64,000 nucleotides of DNA from Octopus vulgaris. Taxonomy: Eukaryota. The notes below the pieces were generated by a model, which was not told the DNA's origin, made no database searches, and saw only the letters and a program-made list of their open reading frames with translations. Shown here piece by piece: positions 13,831 to 28,513 of the stretch (position 1 is the first letter of the stretch; each line of letters opens with the position of its first letter). The DNA lies in contig OX597814.1 of NCBI GenBank assembly GCA_951406725.2, positions 92,194,001-92,258,000 on the forward strand, read 5' to 3'. The translations under genes were made by a program, and so were the position numbers.

Positions 13831-14309
13831 TGCTTAGGTAGTGGTGGTGGTGGCGGCGGCCGGTAGTAGAACAGTGGTGGTGGCAGTAGACCACCACCAC
13901 TACTTCTTGCTTTCCTTACACACTTGCTTGCTTGGAACGCTGTTGTCAATATGCATTGATGTAAATCAACTGCGCGCGCGCGCGTGTGTGTGTGTGTGAT
14001 TCAATGTTTTCTCTCCCCCTCCAACGTTCGGCAATGCAGGGAAATTAACGTGCATGAAAGACGATGGAACGCTAACCGCTTTAGACAAGTTATCCATTTT
14101 TCAAGACAGATTGAAAAAATATTTTTTAAACGAAATTTAAAAGGCGAAAATACACCCGCAGGGCGGTGATTTTCGGAAAACCAATTCAATCACACGATAG
14201 CTGATGTTACACGAAAGTTGATCACACGAAAGCTGATATAAACAAATATATATATATAAATACGAGAAATTGTTTAGACTTACGCAAACGAAAGCGACGA
14301 CAGCCAATC

Positions 14310-14416
<107 letters not shown>

Positions 14417-14824
14417 CAGACAGATAGATAGACAGATAGATACATACATGCATACATACATACATACATACATACATACATACATACATAAGAATTATAC
14501 ATATACATAAAAATGCGCAAACACACATATATACACACACACGCATGCTTGCATACTAAATACATACATATATATATACATGTATGCATGCATGCATACA
14601 TACATACATACATACACACACACACATACATACATACATACATACATACATACATACATACATACATACATAATACATACGTACATACATACATAAGAAT
14701 TATACATATATATTCGAATAACTAGATATGAGTTTCCACCAGTGAACACTATAAGTAACACTCTGTCACTGAATAGTTTCACCTTTCCGCCTCTACTTAT
14801 GTACGCAATATACATATAAATGCA

Positions 14825-14859
<35 letters not shown>

Positions 14860-14989
14860 ATACACACACGCATGCTTACATACGTAAATACATACATATA
14901 TACATACATGCATGCATGAATGTATGCATGCATGCATACATACGTACATACATACATACATACATATATACATACATACATACATACAA

Positions 14990-15175
14990 GGTGAATTTCA
15001 TTCCGAGAATTTCCATTCGTTTTCAGGAGAGAAATTTCGTATAAAAATCCGATCTCCTTCAAAGTAGGACCTTCGGACTTCAATATATCTTTTGTAGGTT
15101 TCCAGCCACTTCCTGAAAGTCCTATGAAAGTCTTCTAAAGTGAAGGTACCCAGGACCTTTGTCAAAGTCTCCTCT
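14990..15175 (-). mobile_element. Mariner transposase C-terminal fragment
   Basis: EETLTKVLGTFTLEDFHRTFRKWLETYKRYIEVRRSYFEGD matches the mariner C-terminus (W..R..KCI...G.YFE). Confidence 0.65.
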
Positions 15176-15339
15176 GTGTGTGTACGTGTGTTTCCGTGTA
15201 TGTGTGCATTCGGATGTGTGTGTGTGCGTTCAGGTGTGTGTGGTATAGGCTTGTATGTATGTATGTGAGGGTGTGTGCGTGTATGTATGCTAATCGTCAA
15301 TGTTGAATCTATATCGGCCAAGTGTTCGAAGACAGAAAA

Positions 15340-15900
15340 AGGCAAACTGTAAAAGATTTTTTGAGCAATTATAGGTGTGTAGTCGTTGTTATGGCCGGTC
15401 AGAAGTTAACATGAGCTTCACGTATATCATTGTTTGTAGCAATATACGTGAACATTCAAACCTGCTGGCCGGAGGCGCACAACTGCTATACTAACGGAGG
15501 TAAGAATACGGTCTTGGTTAACAAGTTTGTGAAAGAAAAACATAGAAACAAAATTCTTTGAATGATCCCAGAGAAGCGCAAAGTTATGTCGCAAGCCAAC
15601 TAGAGGACGAATGGAGAAGACTAGACCATACCTCAACGGGAGTAGATGATGTAAATATTGGTTGACCAAAACACCAAGGATCCTACATAATTCGCTTCAT
15701 TCGAGAGCCTACTTAAATTCCAAAACTGAGATGTTTATTCGGTGCCTCAAGAGGGGAAGTTCGTGTTGCAGACATGAACTTCTCAGATTGCTGACTAGCG
15801 AACAGATCTCGTACATAATTTAACCCATTTCGGACACAACCGGAATCGTTCGAGAGGAAATAACTCAATCTCACCCAGAGAATCTGATGAATGCACATGT
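15340..15900 (-). mobile_element. Possible Crypton (tyrosine recombinase) remnant
   Basis: Decayed NQxRxxTSV..RL..AG...LTGH resembles the recombinase H-x-x-R...TGH region; nucleotide similarity to 39728-39870 (ttttgagca...ttatggccggtcagaa...cctgct..cgga). Confidence 0.4.
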
Positions 15901-16664
15901 CAGCACTTTATGCGTAATAGGCAGAAACTGACGCGGCTACAAGCACAAACATTTTCACACATGCACAGGAAGGGTGGCCTCACCACCTATCCAAACAATT
16001 TTTCCACACACAACATAAATTTTGGCGGGAGAAAATGTCGAATACTTTTTAAACGCAGCTGGTATGTAAAGATATACGATGTGCATACATCTAGTAGTTG
16101 ATTTACATGTGTGTGTGTGTAAGTGAGTGAGTGAGTGCGCGAGTGAGTGAGTGAGTGAGTGAGTGAGTGAGTGAGTGAGTGAGTGAGTGAGTGAATGAGT
16201 GAATGTGTGTCAGTGAGAGTGTGTCGCTGTGTGTGAGTAGTGCGTGGGTGTATGTTTGTGCGTGCGCATGTGTGTAGTACGTGCGTGTTTGTGTGTTTGA
16301 AATCACGTACATTCATAGAAAGATACATACATACATACATGCTGAAATAAATATTTATGTATACATAAATCTAATGATGAAGCAAGAACAGTGATAAGAA
16401 TTTCATTAGACACCATTAAAAAAGAACAACTAAGATATTTTGGACACTTAATTAGAAAAATTGGTTTTTGGAGACTGATGAGAATCAAGAGTTAAATTAA
16501 TCGACACAGCAAAAAAAATAGCATAGATTTAAATTGGAACGAATGAAGAGAAACCAAATTTTGTGCTATGGTATTCATACTAAAAAGCAGGCGATACCAC
16601 ATTAAAAAAATGTACGCATACATGTACATATATCACAGGTATATGTAAATATAAGTGTGTAGTT

Positions 16665-16728
<64 letters not shown>

Positions 16729-17239
16729 AAGGATAGATAGATATGCATGCCTGTATATGTACTTATTTATCTGAGTATATATGTATCTACTTATCTATGT
16801 GTGTACGCATATGACTATAAACATATGCATAGAAACACATACATATGTATGATGACTATATATTTCAGCTGATAACCAAAATTAACTACAATATGAACAT
16901 TTATTGGTAAGAAACCAGTTAAACTTTGGGTTCCAGGTTTTTAATGCCTTCAGATTAAACATCTAAGAAGAACCAGTTGTGTATGAAGCCGAATCTTGCT
17001 ACAACCACTGGTCAACAAGAATAATTCCATTAGTTTTGTTGGTAGCAAATTCAGAAGTAGGTTTCGTTCTAACCATAACTAGCTTTTCAAGAGTATTTCT
17101 ACGACACTGATTTATCAACAGCAATGTGGGCGAGTTCATGACGCAGGTTAAAATATCAAATAGGTTTCCAGAGATTTTAAAGTAGGGTTTATTATGCCCC
17201 ATTCATTAAGAGTAGACGCAAAAATAATTTATAGGTCTA

Positions 17240-18560
17240 TCTCACAGTCATCACATATCAGTACTCTCGTGGAATGAATCTTTAGCAATTAATCCCATTC
17301 ATTGAAGAAGATAACTTACAAATTAACGCCCAGCATGGTTCTCGACCAGGAAGAATCTGTTTGACAAAGTTCCAACAACACTAAACCTGAATGTTAAAAC
17401 TTTGCTTAATCAACCAACTGAGGCAGTGATATGTCTCAGCTTTGCGAAAGCGTTCGATAAAATCGATCATGGAATAATATACGAGGTAACCGGAAACGTT
17501 CTCTGCTTCCGTGAAATTCTGTTATCTGCTATTGAAAATGACAGCCGAAACAATTGCCGTGCTTCAAACTGCTTACAAGGACACTGTCAAGAGTAAAACA
17601 CAAGTTTACGAGTGGTTTTCACGCTTTAGAAATGGTCACTTTTTGCTTGAAGACTAACCTCGTTCGGGGCGACCGTCGATCACCCGAAAAAATGAAAACA
17701 TCACAATTCATGGACTGATCTTAGAGGACTGTCGCCGAACAATTAACGATCTTGTTGATATAACTGGTGTATCCTGGAGCTCCTCCCAATGAATTTTGAA
17801 CGAGAAGTTGCGAATGGAAAATGCAGCAAAATTTGTGCCTCACTTGCATACGGAAGATCAAAAGCTGTCACGACTGAATGCGTCTCGTGAACTGAAAGAA
17901 TAGTTGGAAGTTGACCCGGACCTTTTTTTGAAAGTCATCACTGGTGACGAATTTGCAGACGTGAAAGGAGTGAAGAAAACAAAGACGGAGGCGTCCAAAG
18001 GCATCACTTCGCAAGAGTTCCATCACTGCTTCGAACATGGAAAACGCGTCTGGGCCGATGCATTACTTCAAATAGGGAATACTTTGAAGGCGATAAAAGT
18101 GGAAACATGTAAAACAAAGTGAATGAAATAATATTGCGGTTTCTTTTAAGTACTCCCTGGTATTTTACAAATTGTGAGACCTCAGCATAGTTGCAAAACC
18201 GGGGTAATGCCAGCATGGCTTTTTGTAAGACAAAAGTCAAGCAGTAATAGTCAATAGGATAATTTTCCAGGAAGCAATGATGACGAGTGAAGTTCTATGG
18301 GATGCTGTTGTTTATAGTGGCCCTCTCATACATGCATAAGGTTGCTCTATCGTCAATATTGCCAACTTCATTTGCTATACAGACGATATAAAAGTATCCT
18401 ATATGACAAAGATCTCTAAAGATGTTATATACCTACAATATGATTTAAGTACTGAAATTAAATGGGCTGAAGAAAATAATACGCAATTGAATGTTGAAAA
18501 ATCACAAACCCTCTTCTATCAGCACACACAGATGCATAAAAGACACACAATGTATTCGAT
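17240..18560 (+). mobile_element. CR1/L2-group LINE RT fragment interrupted by a mariner
   Basis: QHGSRPGRICLT...VICLSFAKAFDKIDHGII | ...GMLLFIV...YTDDIK; the reading resumes after the insert at a TA. Confidence 0.7.
17482..18160 (+). mobile_element. Internally deleted mariner element with TA target duplication
   Basis: ta|cgagg...ccctgg|ta ends; LED.PRSGRPSI, AKFVPHL.TEDQK, DPDLFLKVITGDE, GEYFEGD motifs. Confidence 0.75.
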
Positions 18561-18772
18561 CAAGGTGGATTGCAGTCCCTGATTCACAACTGGTACATTA
18601 ACAGAAGTAATGATTCATCTTTTGATGAGCATATCACTACAATAGTAATAAGCTTTCAAGTCAATAGGACAGAAAGGCATGATGGTTCAGCTTGCTGACA
18701 TAAGTGAAAATTGTATATAAAGATATATACATACATATTTATATATATAAATATTGGTGCATTTTTTACCAC

Positions 18773-18820
<48 letters not shown>

Positions 18821-19121
18821 TTGTATGTATGTTTGTGTGTATGTATGTATATATACATGTGTGTGTGTGCGTGTATAAATATAGTTATATAAAATTATTT
18901 CTATACACTCATACACTCACAGACCCACAGAGTTAATAAATTCTACCAAACATGTTAATGTTCATGCAAATAAAATTATATGAATTTAAATATAAAAAGC
19001 ATTACAAAACAAAATACCTGAGGTGTATTAGAAATAGTTTAAAAGGACTTGTAATCAATTCATTAAGGTGGAGTGTGTGCGTATGTGTATAGTGTACATA
19101 CATACATGCTTACATACAGGC

Positions 19122-19152
<31 letters not shown>

Positions 19153-19769
19153 CATACATACATACATACATACATACATGCTAGAACATGAATTTTAATT
19201 TAATATTCCATCTAGGTTAATCGATATAATATAATATTACTGCTTGTTTCAGTGTAATAAATTCCATTGTTTATTGCATCTAATATGCTGTTTTATGTGT
19301 GATTATATATGTTTGTGTGTGTGTGTGTATGTGTATGTGTGTGTGCGTGCACATGCATGTCTACATTGTATATAAATACGTGCAGAAACACACACATAAA
19401 TGTATGGAATTATATGTATGCACGCGTAAACACGCACTCGTACATGCATGGAATTCAATTAAGTTAGTTAATGTAAATGGTTTCATAGTAAATGAAATAT
19501 ATGTTAAACTTGGGAAAGCAATCGTATTGTGACATGAGTAAAACTGGTGGCAACATGTCGTATTAGCGTATATGCTTGTTAATTAGTTAATTAAAATTGC
19601 TGTAACTAAAGATAGCGATTTAATAATACAACCTGTTGAACGGAACGAATGAAGGAAATGAGTGTTTGGTATGAGGCCAGGCCAAATGGGCATTGAGTAA
19701 TAAAATTTTAATTAACCTCTATGCATCAATATTTCCGAAACCCCACCCCTTGTATTATTCTCAGCACTT

Positions 19770-21590
19770 TAAGACAACCGTTAGCGCACTGGACGAAATG
19801 CCGCTACGTCTTTACACTCTGAGTTCAAATTCCGCCGAGGTCAATGTAATTCAGTTTTGGGATCGATAAATTAATCGCCTGTCAAGTACTGGAGTAGATA
19901 TAACCGACTCTCACCCTCTCACAAAAAAAACACCAGTCCCGTGCCTAAATTTGAAACTATTATTCTTAGTACTTTTGTTTCCTAGTGTTAATTCTTCCTG
20001 TGATTATTCTAATTTCATATTATTGGTATTCTTATTAAAAGCAGCGAGCTGAGAGAAACGTTAGCACGCCGGGCGAAATGCGTAGCCGTATTTCGTCTGC
20101 CGTTACGTTCTGAGTTTAAATTGCGTCGAGGTCGACATTGCCCTCCATCCTTTCGGGGTTGATAAATTAAGTACCAGTTACGCACTGGGATTGTGTAATC
20201 GACTTTATCCGTTTGTCTGTCCTTGTTTGTCCTCTCTGTGTAGCCCCTTGTGGGTAGTAAAGAAATAGGCATTTCGTCTGTCTTTACGTTCTGAGTTCAA
20301 ATTCCGCCGTGGTCGACTTTGCCTTTCATCCTTTCGGGGTCGATTAAATAAGTATAAGTTACGCACTGGGGTCGATATAATCAACTTAATCCGTTTGTTT
20401 GTCCTTGTTTGTCCTCTCTGTGTTTAGCCCCTTGTGGGTAGTAAAAAATAGGCATTTCGTCTGCCGCTACGTTGTGAGTTTAAATTCCGCCGAGGTCAAC
20501 TTTGCTTTCATCCTTTCGGGGTTGATTAAATAAGCACCATTTACGCACAGGGGTCGATATAATCGACTTAATCCGTTTGTCTATCCTTGTTTATCCCCTC
20601 TGCATGTAGCCCCTTGTGGGCAATAAAGAAATAGGTATTTCGTCTTTTGCTACGTTCTGAGTTCACGTTTCGCCGAGGTCCACTTTTCCTTTCATACTTT
20701 CGGGGTCGATGAATTAAGTACCAGTGAAAAAAAACTGATGTCGATGTGTTCTACTAGTCCCCTTCCCCAAAATTACAGGCCCGGTGGCGATCTGATGGAA
20801 TCGTTAGCACGCCGAGTAAAATGCTTAGTGGCATTTCGCCCGTCTTTACGGAAATTGCTGGCCTTGTGCCCAAATTCGAAACCAATATCAAGAAGGCAGT
20901 GAACTGGCAGAATCGTTAGCACGCCGATTAAAATGCTTAGAGGCTTTTCGTTCGTCTTTATATTCTGAGTTTAAATTCTTCCGAGGTCGACTGTACTTTT
21001 CATCCTATCAGAGTCAATGAATTAGGTACTGGTTAAACACTGGGATTGATGAAATCGATTTACCTCTCCCCAAAATTTCAGTCCTTGAGCCTTTAGTAGA
21101 AATAATTATTCTTATTCTTTCTTTATTTCGATATTTAATATCTTAATATCCTAATAAATCGAATTATTTTTTTATTTAATTTATGATTTTTAATGTTGAT
21201 TTCAAAATTTGGCACAAGGCCATCAATTTCGGGGAAGAAGTTAAGTCGATTAGATCGAGCCAGTGTTCAACTAGTACTCATTTCATCGATCCTGAAAGGA
21301 TGAAAAACAAAGTTGACCCCGGCAGAATTTGAACTCAGAACGTATCGACGGACGAAATGCCGCTTAGATTTTTGCTAGGTGTGCTAACGATTCTGTCAGC
21401 TCCCTGCGTTTATGGTTATTAATATTAGTGTCTACGTTCTGAGTTCAAATTCCGCCAAGTCTATTTACCCTTCTATCCTTTTGGGTTCGATAAAATAGCT
21501 ACTAGCTGAACACGGGGACGATTCATATAACCTACAAGATCCCCTCCTCCAAAATTTTAGGCATTGTACCTATAAGAGAAAGAATTATTA
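19770..21590. mobile_element. Cluster of SINE family B (Meta-SINE-like core), including a head-less 183-bp tandem array at 20041-20760
   Basis: Repeated ttctgagttcaaattccgccgaggtcgactttgcctttcatcctttcggggtcgataaattaagtaccag; tandem unit starts at 20268, 20451 and 20634; one copy is inverted (21210-21410). Confidence 0.85.
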
Positions 21591-21744
21591 ATATTATCGT
21601 CACTATTGTTCTTATATTTGTTATTGTTGTTGATATTGATATCATCGTGGCCCTCAACACTACACACTATCCAAAAAAATAGCCCCGCTAGAAACAGCCG
21701 ACATCCTATGCAAGACACTAACAGGTCAATAATGCAATCTTAAT

Positions 21745-22142
21745 AAGTTGAGCATGTCACTTAGTGGCTGACGATATGTACATCTCTGATCACTAGCAGG
21801 AGTAGTGGGGGATAATCATAGCCATGTGTTGAGAGGAATTCTTTGGGGTTTGGATAATTCACCTTTGGAAACATGGTTGTTTCGTTCAACATTCTTAAAC
21901 AACCCTTATTCAGGGATCTTTTGAGCGGGATGGGCTACCCAACCTGAATAAAATTCTAACTAGGTTCCACCCGCAAGGTCATGCGCTGTTAATCTTGATA
22001 TGAGATCACCATGTCGCTCACATATGGTTGTGATGCATGTGCCTGATGTACCCTTCTTAGACAGGTAGTCATGATGGGTATATTGGGCTTCGTATATTTG
22101 TACCTCAGTGTCACTTTGATGGCATGCACTGATCTATCACTC
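21745..22142. repeat. Interspersed non-coding repeat ending in (AAT)n, copy 1
   Basis: High similarity to 26842-27220; both abut (AAT)n at the same end. Confidence 0.85.
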
Positions 22143-23069
22143 AATAATAATAGTAATAATAATTCTTTCTATTATAGGCACAACGCCTGAAACTTTGGAG
22201 GCGGCGGTAGTATTTTCAATTTCAATATATTTCCTGGCTTATTTTTGTTCCTGATCCTGAATTTCTTGGCTCCTTGTATTCGATTATGGATTAAGAAAGC
22301 CGGTTAATTCCTGTCAAGAAATGTATCCAACATTTCTTACGTCAAAAATGTTTGCATCGCATAAGGCACATCTGGCATTAATTGAATAGAAGATATAGTT
22401 TGGAGTCCATACATACGTACATGTATATATGTAGGTATGTTTGTATATGCTGAAAATTGTATCAAATTTCTCATTCTTTCCCGACGTCTGATGAAATGAA
22501 CTTGTACACGCATACATGAAACTAAGTTATGTGAAGCTAAGTCAAATAGTTATTAAATACACACACACACACACGCACATATGCATACATGCTTACATAC
22601 ATGCATACATACATACATAATATATACATAAATACATAATACATAAATACATTATACATACATACACACAATCATACACACATATATATGTACATACATA
22701 CCGTATCTATATATGATATTTTTAAAGTTTAATTTAAGTTCTTTTTGAGTGTTCCAACTGGTTATTAACAAAGCAAGATCTTTTGAGTGAAGTACTCGTT
22801 GTTTGTAAATATGTGGTGGAGTTGGTGTGTTGGTTGAACTGTCAATGCTCACGCCCAGGGTTTTGCGTCTATTCACATAAGAATCTCACATAGAGAATTT
22901 TTTGCAATATCTTACAAAGATTCACTGTGCCACTAACAGATTGGATTTGGTGATTCTGCTTCAGTTTCTTTTGCCCTTTTTCCGTGAAACCGAGTATTTC
23001 TAGGTCTGTGTGTAAATTTCTTGGTATATAACCTAATGAGTATTCATAGTACAAGAACTGTAAGTTCCG

Positions 23070-23455
23070 AGTTAATTTGCTATAAACGTCCAAACAGCCT
23101 TTGAATGTCGCATTGTATCACCCAGACACGACACCTGCCGAACAGTGAAGAAATAATGAGTATATTCCAGGCATACACAAAAGTGAGAGCATCAGTATCT
23201 ATAGAGTTGGAGAAGAACTACTGTGCAGGTATTCTGAAAATGCAACTGTCTCATGCGACCCAACGAAAGCTGTACAGGCCTCCCCAAACAGAAGCTTGGA
23301 GAAGAACCAGGCATCATACCAACTAAAAGTAATGCATGAATACATATCTCGTAAGTTAGAAAGCAGCAACAGTATTTACAGGAAGAGTAGCCTTTTCTGG
23401 GCCTGCGATAGATAAATTACATCGCATCTAGAAGGATATGCCTTTGCTATCCTGT
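23070..23455 (+). mobile_element. R4/Dong-clade LINE fragment
   Basis: Diverged inverted homolog of 25370-25735 (MHEYISRKLESSNSI..KSSLFWA...ITSHLEGYAFAI). Confidence 0.7.
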
Positions 23456-23700
23456 ACACTTGATTGTACCTTCGCATCCGCTGGGCAGCTGACCTCTACA
23501 ATAGTTCAGGACTTTTGTTCCCTGTCCCACAGAATATAGGTTCTGTTATGTTCGCACCGAAATGATGTTATTGGGGTGTTCCGCCAGTTTTTAAAGGTGT
23601 GAATTTCCAGTTGGTTCTAATATGCATTTAATATATATATGCAACAAGCATGACTCCAGTAATTTGGTACAATTGTTTCGCACTATATATAGATAGATAA

Positions 23701-23746
<46 letters not shown>

Positions 23747-23762
23747 CGATAGATATATAGAT

Positions 23763-25151
<1,389 letters not shown>

Positions 25152-26320
25152 TCAGGGTAGTCCTTCCTGCGGATAGCATTGTAAATAGTTTCGCAATCAT
25201 ATCGTACCTCAGGGGCAAATAGTATCCCATAGACATTTTGGGGCTGCTGATGATGTTATTGATATCTTCCACATTGTTGTAACAGAGCCGACATTCTTTA
25301 TCACAACATGGAGGTTTGGTGGTATACTTATCCCTTTTGTTTATCAGGTATTTAGTAGCTATCACCTGGTCCTGGATAGCGAAGTCATATCCTTCTATGT
25401 GGGATGTAATGTATCTACCGCAAGCCCAGAAGAGGCTACTCTTCATGTCAATGCTGTTGCTGCTTTCTAGCTTACGGCATATATAACCATGCATTGCTTC
25501 TTGTTGGTATTATGCTTGCTTTTTCTCCAAGCTCCTGTTTAGGTAGGTAAGTCCAGCCTTCTTTGGGCCACATGGGAAAGTTGCATTTTCAGAGTACCTG
25601 CATAGCAGTTCATCTACTCTGAAGGTATTGTTGCTCTCACTATACAGTATACATGGAATATACTTATTTTCCCTTCACTGTTCAGCTCGTGTTGTCTGAG
25701 TGTTACAATGCGATATTCAACGGTTGTTTGGACTAACTTTATGCCTCTACCGCCATCACTTCGTTTCACTTAATTCTTATCAGTGTCACTGTTAATATGG
25801 AAGCTGACAGTGTTGGGCAGTACCTTCCTGGTTTTGATTTGCAAGCTGCATATCTTATCGAATGCCCAAATAACACTGGTACTGCAAAAGCATTGTAACA
25901 TATGATCTTGTTGATGCAGACAGCTCTGTGTTACTTCTTTTCCAGAGTCTACAGAAGTACTCATTCGTTATTCACAGTACCAATGTATGCAAAATTCTCA
26001 TCAATTCTGAGGTAGCGTTCATCTTTAGCAATAGGGGAGATAGATAAGCTGTCGATGTACATGTCCTCTGCCTGGTTGATATTTCCTCGGTTGACTATCA
26101 TGTATGTGCACTTATCTTGCCAAAACTCCATTCATATATTTCGTGAGAATGTTGTGATTAGTTTTAATAGTCTCTTGATGCTGGTGATATTATGAGAATA
26201 TAAATGTAGTTCATCAACAAAAAATGTGTGGGCAACATTAACTTTATTCTTTTCTGCATACCCTAGCATGTAGCTTTGGTATTTAGTTAACAGGGCTGAC
26301 AAGGGATTCACTGTCAGTTC
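25152..26320 (-). mobile_element. R4/Dong-clade (restriction-like endonuclease) LINE, degenerate RT to zinc-finger region
   Basis: VNPLS...HTFFVDELHLY...FSRNI*MEFWQDKCTY (RT); MHGY...EGYDFAIQDQVIATK...CRLC...EDINNI...YLPLRYDMIAK. Confidence 0.8.
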
Positions 26321-26387
26321 TAAAATTACATATAAACTATCATTATTTACAATTGACGGATATTTGTCCTCATCTTCTTTGTTGTTA

Positions 26388-26427
26388 ACACAACGTTTCG
26401 GCTGATATACTCTCCAGCCTACATCAC
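26388..26427 (-). ncRNA. Degenerate minimal hammerhead in a PLE-LTR-like fragment (26341-26427)
   Basis: GTGATGT a ggctg-gagagtatat-cagcc GAAA c GTT gtgt; inverted homolog of 27511-27600. Confidence 0.45.
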
Positions 26428-26442
26428 TACACCACATTCCCA

Positions 26443-26680
<238 letters not shown>

Positions 26681-27220
26681 GAATTCCCTGATGCGGTACC
26701 AGACAATGGCTTCATGTCTTCTGATCTTAACTGATTGGAAGTGTTATCATGTTCATTGTTTTGCCTTGGTAGAAAAGATGGGCTACAGCAAAAAATTCTG
26801 CTCAATACCACCGATTTGCTTGTCAGTTATTTGACCATAACAAGTTGAGCATGTCCCTTAGAGGCTGACAGTATGTGCATCTGTGATCATGAGCAGAAAT
26901 AGTGGGAGAGCATCATAGCCATGTGTTGAGAGGAATTCTTGGAGGTTCGGATAATTCACCTTTGGAAACATGGGTGTTTCGTTCAACATCCTTAACGAAC
27001 CCTTATTCAGGGACCTTTTGAGCGGTATGGGCAACTTGACCAGAAGAAAATTCTAACTAGGTCCCACCTGCAAGGTCATGCGCTGTTTATCTTCATATGA
27101 GATTACCATTTCGCGCACATATGGTTGTGATGCATATGCCTGGGTAGTCATGGTGGGTATACTGGGCTTCGTATATTTTACGCCAATGTCACTTTGATGG
27201 CATGCACTGCTCTCTCAATC
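26681..27220. repeat. Interspersed non-coding repeat flanked by AAT-type microsatellites, copy 2
   Basis: Matches 21745-22142; followed by (AAT)n at 27221-27323. Confidence 0.85.
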
Positions 27221-27324
<104 letters not shown>

Positions 27325-27510
27325 GTTGATGAGTTTCTTTGCCCTAGGAGTCGGGAAGACACTCGGCAAGAAATGGAAGCAAATTTGAAAGAAGAAGAAA
27401 AAAAGTAATAATAATAATAATAATAATTATAATAATAATAATAATAGTGTTAACAACAACATCGAAAAATACCATTGGAATAAGAACCCAGGGCTCGAAA
27501 TTTCCCCAAG

Positions 27511-27553
27511 ACACTTCATGAAGGCCGAAGGGTATATATCAGCCGAAACGTGT
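27511..27553 (+). ncRNA. Degenerate minimal hammerhead in a PLE-LTR-like fragment (27455-27650)
   Basis: acac TTCATGA a ggccg...cagcc GAAA c gtgt; combined with 26388-26427 it gives the consensus acac (C)TGATGA a ggctg..cagcc GAAAC GTT gtgt. Confidence 0.45.
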
Positions 27554-28467
27554 TAACAACAAATAAGATGAGGACAAATATCCGTCTATTGTAAATAATG
27601 TAAATAAATAATGTACATAATTCCTGAGCTCTTAAATATAGAACTATATAAACTGTCACCCTGAAATATGTCTATGTATGTATGTATTAAAAGACAATAT
27701 TTATATACACCGAATACTGTGTTATTTAACTTGGGGAAACGTGTCATATCGACACATGACACACAAAAGTGTAAATATATCGTTGGAAGACGAGAATAGT
27801 CTGCTCCAGCACCTGAGCCACCGAAGTATGCTGAGGCAACGTCTTCAAAAATTTTAGTCGAATAAATCGACTCCAGTACATTTCTTAATCCTGTACTTTT
27901 TTGCTGAACTGTCATATTACGAGGTCGTAAATACACCAGTTGCCAAGGGGTAGTGGGGAACAAACACAGACACATTACTCAAAAGAGAAAATATACATAA
28001 AGCAACAAATAACCCAAAGCGAAAACTTTTGTGCAGATATTTGTCAAAATAAATTATAAATTGCGTGTGTCTGTGTATATGTAACATTTCTATTTGTACT
28101 AGAGATTTATTCAAGATCTAAGACGAAAATGAGAAGTTTCCAGTAAGTTCTTCTGCGTAGTGAAACAACGGGAAACCAACTTATATATTATTTATCTACT
28201 CATCTGTTTCTATACCGATAGATATACTCACACACACGTATGGATATACATACATATATATCTATATGTCTCTACATATAAAAAATATAAAAATATATAT
28301 ACATATATATGCATACACACATGCATAAATATACATATATACACATACGTACATATACCTACACACATATATATATATATATACATATGCATACATACAT
28401 ATAAATATATACATATATCTGTAGACATACATAAACATTTATATATATGCACATACATACATATATT

Positions 28468-28510
<43 letters not shown>

Positions 28511-28513
<3 letters not shown>

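Noticed and set aside
20041-20760. Regularly spaced repeats as a CRISPR array
   Set aside because: The whole 183-bp unit repeats with no unique spacers, it is SINE-derived, there are no cas genes and the context is eukaryotic.
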